Notes under the pieces: model-generated
The model's input: the letters and a program-made list of their open reading frames with translations, nothing else
What the model was told of the DNA's origin: nothing
The model's database searches: none
DNA from: Vitrella brassicaformis CCMP3155
Taxonomy: Eukaryota > Protista > Chromerida
Reading direction: 5' to 3'
DNA: 64,000 bases
Assembly (NCBI GenBank): GCA_001179505.1
Contig: CDMY01000405.1
Span: forward strand, 62,001 to 126,000
Shown here: positions 23,512 through 33,276 of the stretch, piece after piece
How positions within the stretch are numbered: the first letter of the stretch is position 1
Layout of the letters: each line of letters begins with the position of its first letter
Translations under genes and position numbers: made by a program

Positions 23512-25351
23512 ATGACGACGCCTGGTGGCAGCGGCTCAGCGGCGGCCTCGGCTGCCGGCAGCGCCTTGCCGCATGGCTGGAAACGTGTGGACGAGATAGA
23601 AGGCTGGCTTCATGATAATGCTACTGACGTGACCAGAAGGCTGCGGGACGGCATCATGCGCCGCACCATCACCCATCCAGAGCAAGTCACCCAGCTGATA
23701 CGAGAGCACCGAGCCGACCCGAACGCTCAACCGTCGCTGCGCGTCCTTTCATGCCTGCATTGGGCTGGGAAAACGCTGGTCGTTGGTGGATTTCGGCAGG
23801 AGCCTGACTATGGCATCGCCTATCCGCTGCTCGCTCTATCGATCGACGACATGACAGACAAGACCTTACCGTCCGTCGAGGCGCTAGCGGGCGAAACGAC
23901 ATCCCGTCGCCGTTCCTCGGTGGGCCTCGCCTCAGCTGCAGGACGCCGTCATGAATGCCCTCATTGATGGCGGGGCCGACATCAACGCGGCGGGTCTCTT
24001 CACCTCCCGCTATAGCTGCGCCGAGGACGGCATTACCTTCCCTGACGAGCGCCGGCCGATCCGGGTGGCCATCATGGCGGGCAATGAGGCCGCAGTGCGC
24101 ATCCTGATGCAGCGTCACGTGAACCTGCGCGGGTCGATGGTGATGGAGCTGCTGAGAGTGCCGAGGGCGGTCGATGAGGATCGGCCGCCTTCCCCTGACG
24201 TGGAGCGACAGCTGCTGTTGTTCTACGAGCGCCTCGTTGAGCAGGATACCACACTCGCGACCGAGCAGGACCAGTTCGGCAGGAACCTGGTCCATTCGGC
24301 AGCCTGGACGCTTCCCATCTTCTCCCAGTCCTTCATCGACTGCTACATGGGGCTGCTGGCGGCGAATGGGGCGGACATGACGCAAATCGACCCGCGCTTC
24401 CCACCGGGCCGCACGCCTCTGCAGATGGCGACGTCTCTTGGGTCCTACCGCGTGGCTGCTTTCCTGTGTCGCCAACTGCCTGCTAACGAGATCGACAGAG
24501 GGCTGTGGCAGCAAACGCCCCTGGATGCTGCGGCCGAAGACCTCTACCATCGGACTCGACCTGCGGGGGGCCGTCCGGTGAGCGAGGTGGCGGTCCGGCG
24601 CACGAAGATGACCATCTGCGTCTTGCTGAGAGCGGGAGCAGCCATCAATCGCCTGCCAACAGGCAGCCACATCCCCGCAGTCGCAGAGGAACTCCGCGAA
24701 CGGCGGCAGCTGGTGCTGGACGAGTACACAAGAGTGCTCAATGAGCTGCCCATTGCCACCATGGCTGCGGTGAACGCTGCTCTGCGTCCCCATCGCATAC
24801 TGGCTGCCCTGCTGACACACTTCCTGCCCCTTGTCGACCACAATGACGCCGAGACGCCCCTCCCCTCCCCCCTCTCATTCGGCCACGGTGAGGCCACGCT
24901 CATCGGCTGGCAGATCGCAGCCTACTGCTTCGACACCACTGCTGCCAACCAGACTGTCAATCAGACACTCACCTTCCGACACAGTCGCCTGGCCAGGCGT
25001 GTGTGCGCGGCCATCGACCACTTCGTCACGTCGGCGCTCAAGGCCAGCAGCAATCGGGAGGTGGTGGGGCCGATGGCGATTGTGGGGGAGGAGACAGTGC
25101 GCGTGCCGCTGCAGTGCTTTGTGCTCGGCGGGGTCGACCGCCGTCTGAATGAGGTGGTGCGCACGCGTGGCCGTGTCGGCATTCGGGAGGTGGTCCACCG
25201 AGCACGGCTGGACGAGGCGGCCAGATACCGGCTGACTGGCGTCATCAAGGGCTTCAACACCCACCTCGGCAACGACGACTGTCAATTTTCGTGGGGTCAG
25301 GTGGGACGCATCGATGATGAGGGGCAGTTCGTGACACTGGGGACCAACTGA
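23512..25351 (+). pseudogene. Intronless ankyrin-repeat protein gene of a lineage-expanded family, interrupted by a frameshift (pseudogene or assembly error)
   Basis: ORF1 (MTTPGGSGSAA...ADPNA...YPLLALSID) and ORF2 (MNALIDGGADINA...ANGADMTQ...GRTPLQMA...TPLDAAA...LLRAGAAI) lie in different frames. The ORF2 frame carries TAG at 23885-23887 and there is no plausible intron at the junction. Confidence 0.7.
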
Positions 25352-25444
25352 GAGGGGAAGGCGCATGTGGACAATGTTGATGACTAGTGAGTGAATCGGG
25401 CTGAAAACCGTTTCGTGGCTCAGAAACGACCCCCGTGACTGCAT

Positions 25445-25618
25445 CCCCGTGTGTGTGCTGATCCACTTTTGCGTTCTTCAGTGGCCAGCATAACTCGACA
25501 GGCTGACTTGAAGCGGTTCTCACACACACTTGTGTAAGAAACAGTGATGCCATGGTCTGTGTCATTCATTCCTGCACCCACGCCATACACGTACACGCGA
25601 ACCACATCCATCCATCCA
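25445..25618 (+). repeat. Direct repeat A, copy 1 (partner at 30319-30494)
   Basis: CCCCGTGTGTGTGCTGAT..CTTTTGCGTTCTTCAGTGGCCAGCATAACTCGAC...GAACCACATCCATCC is shared with few mismatches. Confidence 0.9.
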
Positions 25619-25960
25619 CAGACAGACAGACGACAGACAGACAGACAACAGACAGACAGACAACAGACAGACAGACAACAGACAGAGGACATGAAGGAAA
25701 GAGGCGTGTGCATCCATGCGTGTCGGTCATGCTGGTGGACGAACTGCAGTCGGCCGCGCCTGCAAAGCGAAACGTCGCCCTTGGTCCGATGATGGAGGTG
25801 CCCCTCTCTTCTCGACAAATTCACCGGGGCTGACTCTACTGGCTTGCTGGGTCCTGTGGGCAAACAGACGTGACGGTCAGTGCAAAGAGCACTGACGCAG
25901 CATGGCGGAAGTCGTTTCGTCTACATATTGGATTCAGGGTTCACTGGTATATTGGTGGAG

Positions 25961-26634
25961 ATGTCGAAGAGGCCTGTGTTTGTCAGCAAAGTCGCAGCCA
26001 TGAGCGGCAAGGAGGCCAAGAAGAGCGACAAGGTCGGCCAGCCGCACACCCTGCAGATCCCTCCGCCGCAGGACACGTGTGCGCTTTGGTGTGTCTTCCT
26101 GCAGGCGGCGGTCAAGGCCAAGCAGGGGAAGGCCCACGACGAGCTGTCGGAGGTAAGTCTGCTGGGCATACAGATAGATCTGACACAGACAGATCTGCAG
26201 GGAGGAGGGAGGATGGATGGATGGGAGGGAGCACTCACACACGACACACCGCACAAACACATGACGCCCTTTTCTGTCTGTCTGTGCCACATGTGTGTCT
26301 GCCCAGGACGACGGATACGAACTCAAATTCTGCACCGACTCCGACGCCGAGTCCCTGGACGACGAAGCGTACGAGGAATACAAGAAGGGCGGGAGGAAGG
26401 GACTCGAGGCACTCAAGGCCGCCCGAGAGCACGCCGCCGCCAAGAGGGCCCGAGAGGAGGAGGACGAGCGCGTCAGGGCGTGGTACAAGGCCGAGCAGGA
26501 GGCCAAGCGACGACGGATGCTGGACAGGTTCATCGGCGGGCAGCGCCGGCGGGCTGCCCCCCCTCCTCTCCGAGGCGGCCCGCGAAGCCGAAGCCGAGGC
26601 CAAGAAGAAGCTCCGCCCACACAGCCAGCAGTAG
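25961..26634 (+). CDS. Small charged hypothetical protein, paralog A (3 exons; 1-nt frameshift in a C7 run near the 3' end)
   Basis: MSKRPVFVSKVAAMSGKEAKKSDK|AAVKAKQGKAHDELSE|DDGYELKFCTDSDAESLDDEAYEEYKKGGRKGL... The C-terminus LSEAAREAEA is in a shifted frame relative to paralog B. Confidence 0.6.
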
Positions 26635-26796
26635 ACAGACGCGGGGCCGGGCCAGGGAGGGGCGGGGAGGGAGTACGACCTAGGCAGGAGGGATGAATAT
26701 GATGTATTCAGGGCATGTGTTTTTCATCGTTGTACAGTGCACACACACACATACGCCATACTACGTGTAGAGGCCCTTTTCTGCCAACCACACTGC
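25988..26796 (+). repeat. Left arm of an inverted duplication (partner at 30819-31550)
   Basis: Exons, the long intron (GCTGGGCATACAGATAGATCTGACACAGA...) and the 3' flank (...TTTTCTGCCAACCACACTGC) match the reverse complement of 30819-31550. Confidence 0.9.
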
Positions 26797-27271
26797 CACT
26801 GCGATGCTGCAATGCCGACTGACTACACCTCTCTCGGGTCACAAGAGATGCACAGAGATGCTAGTGACCGAGACCACCGACGACCAACACAACCTTTTGG
26901 TGCCACTGGGCGCCACCCTGTGATGCGCACTGAGTGACAGACGGCGGCTCGGCTGCAAACCTAGCTAGCTAGCTAGCTGCAGAAAGGACACTGATGGATG
27001 GTTTGGGTGCGTTTGTTGTTGGGGCGGCCGTCCGTGGCGTGGTGTGGGTGTGGGCTGATATAATCCATCAGGCAGTCATGCATTCACTCACTGACCAACA
27101 TGCACGGTCCACACACACGCATGCACAGGTTGTCCGTCGTGCCACACACAGATGGACGGGACGCCACAGGAAGTCAGGCAGACATATAGACAGCTAAGGC
27201 CTTTCCTTCCGTCCATGCGGATGCACGGGACACACAATCTGATATCCACACGCCAGCCAGCTGTCTAGCTC

Positions 27272-29145
27272 TCAGCGACCCAATCCGCCGCTCAAACGGC
27301 CCCAACGCTCCTCCATGCCTGGCGACAGACAGACAGACAGACAGACAGACGGGCACACACAACAGCACAGTCCGTCGAGGAAGGCCGGCCACCCTGGCTG
27401 CGCGTCTGCCTAACTGCTTACTTGGTTGTCTATTTGTATGTGTTGTCCTTCTCGCCTCATCCCTCCTCCGCTACCGCCATTGCCGCATCCTCTGCGTATC
27501 CATCCACACGACCACACAGACACACAGACAGAGGGAGGGAGGAGTGTGCCGATTGTGTGAAGTGCAGACAGATATACATACACGTGTGGGTGGGTGGGAT
27601 GAATGGTGAATGGTCACACCGCTCACGAACGAACTAACGAACGAACGAACGAACCAGTGTTTGCGATGGCCGAGGTATCGTCGTCTTCGGTGTCCGTGTC
27701 ATGACTCGCGCTGCTGTGGTCATGTGTGGACACATTTCCCCCCCCGCCCTCCGCCGCCCCGCCACCGGGCGAGCTGCTCGTGTCATCGTCATCATCCAGC
27801 CCTATTATGAGACCTAGCCAACGGGAGAGCACTGCACACACACACACACACAAACAGACGGACAGACAGACAGACAGACTCATGAGTCCATGTGTGCAAC
27901 ACATTTCGCGCCCTTCTGTCTGTCTGTCTGTCTGTCTCTCTGTCTGTGTGTCTGTCTGTCTGTGCCCTCGCTCGTGGGGATCCGTGCGTACGGACATGAG
28001 AATGTTTGGGGTTGCGTCTGCGCGAGAAGAAGCTTGTCGTCCGCGACACACGCCGGTGGCTCTGTTGTGACCATCACCACCTCAACTGCACACTCTCACA
28101 CACACAAACAGACAGACAGACAGACAGACAGGCCAAGAGCCAGACAGAGCCAGACATAAGAGCATAGACACACCCGCCCATCAACCCGCCCACCCACTGA
28201 CGGACCTTCTTGATCGTCGAGAGATTTCTCCCTGACGCCGAAGACCGCGGCGAAGGGGTGGTCCAGCGGCGTCAGCACCGCATACCGATGGTACACATTG
28301 GCGGGGTACTCCAGCGCCATGACGGCCGAGGCGCCTCTGACAAACGGACGGTGCACTGACCGGTCGAGCCGGGCCATCACGCCAGCATCTATCATATCGC
28401 TGCAGTCAGCCACCCAGACAATCAGGACAAAGCACCCATGACCAAGGCAGGCATCATTTGCAGCTCCATCCTTTACCCACACCCGCCCACTGACGGTTCT
28501 GATTCGCGTGACCCGGAGACGCCCTCGATTCGCATCGTGATGGTGTGCATGAGGAAGGACGAGAATGACGCCTCGATGACGTCCTCGTCCATCACGTGGT
28601 CTTGAGCCTCGAGGGAGACGTTGATGCGGTGGGCCACGATGGGGTTGTGCGGGTCGGTGTGCTGCTGGAACCGGTGGTCGACGGGGAGGGGCGGGGCCAN
28701 NNNNNNNNNNNNNNNNNNNNNNNNNNNNNNNNNNNNNNNNNNNNNNNNNNNNNNNNNNNNNNNNNNNNNNNNNNNNNNNNNNNNNNNNNNNNNNNNNNNN
28801 NNNNNNNNNNNNNNNNNNNNNNNNNNNNNNNNNNNNNNNNNNNNNNNNNNNNNNNNNNNNNNNNNNNNNNNNNNNNNNNNNNNNNNNNNNNNNNNNNNNN
28901 NNNNNNNNNNNNNNNNNNNNNNNNNNNNNNNNNNNNNNNNNNNNNNNNNNNNNNNNNNNNNNNNNNNNNNNNNNNNNNNNNNNNNNNNNNNNNNNNNNNG
29001 GAAGAGACCCGCTAAGCGAATGCTGCCGAGGTCCGCCATGCTGTACAGGGCATCGCGCTGGTCTTCCGCGATGGATGAAGTCCAGGCACTGGCCACGGAA
29101 CGGGGGCCATGCCCTGTCGGCGCTCCTGCTCTGCGCGTTTCCCAT
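27272..29145 (-). CDS. Hypothetical multi-exon protein spanning the N gap; start, frame and end uncertain
   Basis: Protein-like exon blocks: SAWTSSIAEDQRDALYSMADLGSIRLAGLF, DHRFQQHTDPHNPIVAHRINVSLEAQDHVMDEDVIEASF, DCSDMIDAGVMARLDRSVHRPFVRGASAVMALEYP and DDDDDTSSSPGG. Candidate start MGNAQS at 29145 is in a different frame from the first block. Confidence 0.4.
28700..28999. other. Assembly gap (300 N)
   Basis: Run of N bases. Confidence 1.
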
Positions 29146-29196
29146 CAGTCGGGTGATCAGGAGCTAACTTCTAACCTCTATCTACCTGCGAATGTC

Positions 29197-29244
29197 GTCC
29201 CTTTTTCGACAAGTCGAAAAAGGGACTCTCTAACCCATTCCTGA
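29197..29244 (-). promoter_or_regulatory. Perfect 14-bp hairpin plus flank; conserved element shared with 11498-11537
   Basis: GTCCCTTTTTCGAC-AA-GTCGAAAAAGGGAC at 29197-29226, followed by TCTCTAACCCATTCCTGA. Confidence 0.55.
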
Positions 29245-29448
29245 AATGGGCAATCGAATGCGTGGCGGAAATGGCCAGGCCAAGGTTAGCGGGTCACAGC
29301 TAGCCAGACAAGAATCATCAAAGGCCGACTTTCGCAAACGTGTCTGTCGCGTACACTGTCACTTTCTGTCTCCCGATGTTCGACTGACAGGCATGTATCC
29401 CCCCACACATCCATCTGGCATCCATTTATTCATGTAAATGTCCTCACA

Positions 29449-29664
29449 ATATAAAATGTAGACAGCGATATGGACAAACAGATGGAGACATAAGGTTAGA
29501 TCACTTGAGGCTTTCTGTGGGCGTTGTCGCGCCTACCTGCTGCTCCTGCTCGTGCTGCCGCTCGCTGTGGTTCAGAAGCTGCATCCAAGCTGTCGTGGGG
29601 TCACGATGGAACGAAAACAAAAACTTTCCCTCGAGATATAAAATGCAGACAGCGATATCGACTG

Positions 29665-29700
<36 letters not shown>

Positions 29701-29726
29701 GACACGAGAGGTATAGTCAGTCAGTC
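29449..29726 (+). repeat. Direct repeat B, copy 1 (partner at 30506-30798)
   Basis: ATATAAAATGTAGACAGCGATAT...CTGCTGCTCCTGCTCGTGCTGCCGCTCGCTGTGGTTCA...GACACGAGAGGTATAGTCAGTCAGTC is shared. Confidence 0.9.
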
Positions 29727-29735
29727 AGCACTTAG

Positions 29736-30113
29736 TTAATGTGGAGGTTGGTTCTCCAGGAGTGTGGGGTTGGGGGCAAACAGGACCTTGCAGCCCTCCT
29801 GAGAGGACCAGCTGATGGTGCGACCTAGGTCGCCGCGGCGCCAGCCTCTTGATGACCAGCTTGAGCTTTCGGCTCCTCCTTGTGCAGCCCCTCCTCGCTC
29901 TCCGGATGGATGTGGGTTGCCATGTACAGTACCTGACACCATACACACCCCCACACACGCAGATATTGATGTCCGCGCACCCACCCGGGCCGCGGAGACG
30001 TACCAGTCGATGAGTTGCTTCTGCGTCACGTTTCTGCCCGCTCCCTCCTCAGCGCCACAATACGCGGCCATTCGCAGCGCGATCGTGCGGAAGCCTGAAA
30101 CCGTCATCCTGAT
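29736..30113 (-). pseudogene. MCM6: Degraded two-exon fragment resembling the MCM6 C-terminal winged-helix domain
   Basis: Exon IRMTVSGFRTIALRMAAYCGAEEGAGRNVTQKQLIDW|Y. In the next exon the pieces ESEEGLHKE, RKLKLVIKRL and KVLFAPNP are split over three frames. Together they resemble MCM6 C-terminal motifs (LxxWY...SEEEL...VIxRL...LVVNPN). No AAA+ exons are nearby. Confidence 0.55.
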
Positions 30114-30318
30114 CTGCATACAGACACGGGAGGGACAAATCGGAACACCACGTTTGTTTATCATCCATGCCATGCGTACGCACAGCGCACAGCTGTGATG
30201 ACTGAGTGACTGACCGACCCTCTGGGGCCCTTGGTTGTAGCTATCAAACACTCGGCGACCCGTGCGGTGCAGCACCGAGTGCATCAGGGCCGTCGACTGA
30301 CCACCCCGTCTGCATGTT

Positions 30319-30494
30319 CCCCGTGTGTGTGCTGATGCACTTTTGCGTTCTTCAGTGGCCAGCATAACTCGACGGGCTGACTTGAAGCGGTTTCTCACAT
30401 ACACTTACGTAAGAAACAGTGATGCCATGGTCTGTGTCATTCATTCCTGCACCCACGCCACACACGTACACGCGAACCACATCCATCCATCCAT
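30319..30494 (+). repeat. Direct repeat A, copy 2
   Basis: Near-identical to 25445-25618. Confidence 0.9.
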
Positions 30495-30505
30495 CCATCC
30501 ATCCG

Positions 30506-30798
30506 ATATAAAATGTAGACAGCGATATCTACAACGGACAAACAGATGGAGACATAAGATTGGATCACTTGAGGCTTTCATCGCGCCTTGTCGTGCCTGT
30601 CTGCTGCTCCTGCTCGTGCTGCCGCTCGCTGTGGTTCATAAGCTGCATCAAGCTGCCGTGGGGTCGCGATGGAACGAAAAGAAAGAAAGTCCCCTCGGGA
30701 TATAAAAAGCAGACAGCGATATCGACTGCAGACAGACAGACGGATAGACAGACAGACAGGCAGACAGAGAGAGACACGAGAGGTATAGTCAGTCAGTC
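30506..30798 (+). repeat. Direct repeat B, copy 2
   Basis: Similar to 29449-29726 with scattered substitutions and indels. Confidence 0.9.
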
Positions 30799-30818
30799 GG
30801 CATTGCAGCAGCGCTCTA

Positions 30819-31550
30819 GCAGTGTGGTTGGCAGAAAAAGGCATCTACACGTAGTTGGCATATGTGTGTGTGTACTGGACTGTACAATGATGAAAAACAC
30901 ATCGCCTGAATACATGATATTCATCCCTTCTACCTATTGCATACTCCCTCCCTCCCCTCCATGGCCCGGCCCCGCGTCTGTCTACTGCTGGCTGTGTGGT
31001 TGTTCAGCCGCGGCGGAGCCTCTTGTTGGCCTTGGCTTCGGCTTCGCGGGCCGCCTCGGAGAGGTGGGGGGGCTTCCTCTTGCCGAGCTGCTGGTCATAC
31101 TTCCACCTGTCCAGCATCTGTCGCATCCGTCGCTGCTCGTCCTCCTTCTCGGCCTTGCTCCACGCCCTGAGGCGCTCCTCCTCCTCGCGGGCCTTCTTGG
31201 CGGCGGCGTGCTCTCGGGCGGCCCTCAGCTCGTTGAGCCCCTTCCTCCCGCCGTTCTTGTATGCCTCCTCCTCTTCGTCGCCCTGGAGGGACTCGTCGTC
31301 GGAGTCGGTGGAGAGGATGAGTTCGTCGTTGTTCTGGGCAGACACACATGCGGCACAGACAGACAGAAAGGGCATCATGTGTCTGTGCGGTGTGTCGTGT
31401 GTGTGTGCTCCCTCCCATCCATCCATCCTCCCTCCTCCCCTGCAGATCTATCTGTGTCAGATCTATCTGTATGCCCAGCAGACCTACCTCCCAGTGGTCG
31501 TCGTGGGCCTTCCGTGTGTTGGCCTCCTCGCCGCTCATGGCTGCGACTTT
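30819..31550 (-). repeat. Right arm of the inverted duplication
   Basis: Reverse complement of 25988-26796, lacking the first intron region. Confidence 0.9.
31004..31538 (-). CDS. Small charged hypothetical protein, paralog B
   Basis: MSGEEANTRKAHDDHWE|NNDELILSTDSDDESLQGDEEEEAYKNGGRKGLNELRAAREHAAAKKAREEEERLRAW...PPHLSEAAREAEAKANKRLRRG*. Further 5' exons are possible. Confidence 0.6.
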
Positions 31551-31850
31551 CTTGCTGTCCAACACGTGGTTCTGCCCAGATAGGTGGGGGGAAGCGGGCA
31601 GCCTGATCGATAGCCACCCTGAGGGAACAGAGTGGAGTGATCCACTGTAGGAGCCGAGCCAATAAGTGATCCACTTACTGGCGCGCGGCAATGGGTTTGA
31701 CATAGCGTAGCTGAACATATAGAGACATCCGCAGTATACATACACGTCGCTCTTCGCACACAACAGTGACATACGCTCTCTCGGCCTGCACTCTTCGCTT
31801 TGTTTACACTCTTTGCTTGGCGTGGGTCCTAATGGTGTAAAGCATGCTCT

Positions 31851-32560
31851 TCATCCATGTCTCGAAAGCTCCGGGAGTGTAAATGATTGAATTGCAATCT
31901 GCCTGAAAAGCTGAACTCTGACACAAGAAAGGCGGCATTGCCGCGGCAATCGATCTAGGGAAGCGGCTGTTTGTACTGGTGTTGTGTCCTTTTGCTTACG
32001 CAGCTGGTCGAGTGGAGCGTTTTGATTCGGTAGGCTTGACAGGGAGAGGTCCTGGCCACTAGCAGCTATTCCCTTGATGTGATTAAATGCGGCCGATAGA
32101 TATCTCTGCGCCGCGTCACACGTGTTGGCGAACTCAAACAGCTTCGGCATCTCATCAATGAGCTCCTCAATGTTGCGCACTAAGAGACATCCAACAAGGG
32201 AATCAATGCACGCCGTGCGCAGCACTTCGTCGCTCACCACACATGCGAACGGTCTCCGGACACGGGCCATAGAGTATCATCGCCAGCTTGCCTTCGATCT
32301 TCTTGATCTCGCCGACTGCACACAACGAAGACACAGGTGCGGATGGTGTCAAGCATGGATTGTCTCTTACGGATCATGCACTCGCACATTTTGATATACC
32401 CGTCTGAAGGAAATCAATATATGCATAAACAAACAATAAGCGTGGCTGCCTCTCACCAAGGCGCGTATGCAGCCGCGTGAGCAGCTCATGAGCTTGAGCA
32501 GGGTCAGGGGGGCCTAGCCGGAACTCGTCGTCCCACTGACGCATCTCGATGGGCAGAGAG
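31851..32560 (-). CDS. Hypothetical protein, several short exons; ends uncertain
   Basis: Phase-compatible exons ...PAQAHELLTRLHTRL|DGYIKMCECMI|LGEIKKIEGKLAMILYGPCPETVRMC|VRNIEELIDEMPKLFEFANTCDAAQRYLSAAFNHIKG. No domain recognised. Confidence 0.35.
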
Positions 32561-33276
32561 CTTTACACAAGCAAACACACATACACACACGTTTGTCTGT
32601 CAATTTGTTTGTTTGTGTATGGAGCCAATAAGTGATCCATGAGGGTGCGCTGCTGGTGGTGTGGCGTCGGCGTGGGTGTGGGCAGAGCCCGGTTCTGCCA
32701 GCACTCCCAGAGGCAGACATGGATGTACGGCTTCAAACTCTCTTTTCTCTCGCTCACCGTGTGTGTGGTCTTGCTGCTGCTGCAGTGCCTCGGGCGATGA
32801 TATCTCCATCCCTTGCGCAGCCAGATCGTCCTCCTCCGCAGCACGCAATCAGCAACTCCAATTGGCGAGTTCCAGTGGCCCATCGCCCGCTGCTGCTCCC
32901 ACTTGCTGGATCTGGCGGCAGCGGTGTTGAACAGCACGAGTGCTCGAACATCCTCACACAGCGGCCGAACGAACACAGAAAAGAAGGACATATGGTGGAT
33001 CCCATTTAAAAATAAGAAAAACTTTTCGCCGTCTCGGATTGCTGCCGTCTCAAATTCTCGCCGTCGAGCTTTCTGGGTGTTTGCCTCTTCCGTGGCGCAG
33101 GAGCAACAGCATGCTTGCCTGTTCGGTTTCTGTTCCCCGCAGTCAAATTTCCGCCACTTCTCACGCACACGTACACACCTCACGTGCAGCACAGACGTAC
33201 ATGATAAGTACAGAGAGGCATCCGTTCACTCCATGCACCCACGCCACACGCACGCAAAGCACATCAACCGAAACCC

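Noticed and set aside
23687-24841. 384-aa minus-strand ORF
   Set aside because: Antisense to the ankyrin gene; expected from GC3-rich codon usage.
31655-32640. Shared 16-mer GCCAATAAGTGATCCA at ~31658 and ~32624
   Set aside because: Too short and context-free to assign; one copy appears intronic. It may be a residue of local duplication.
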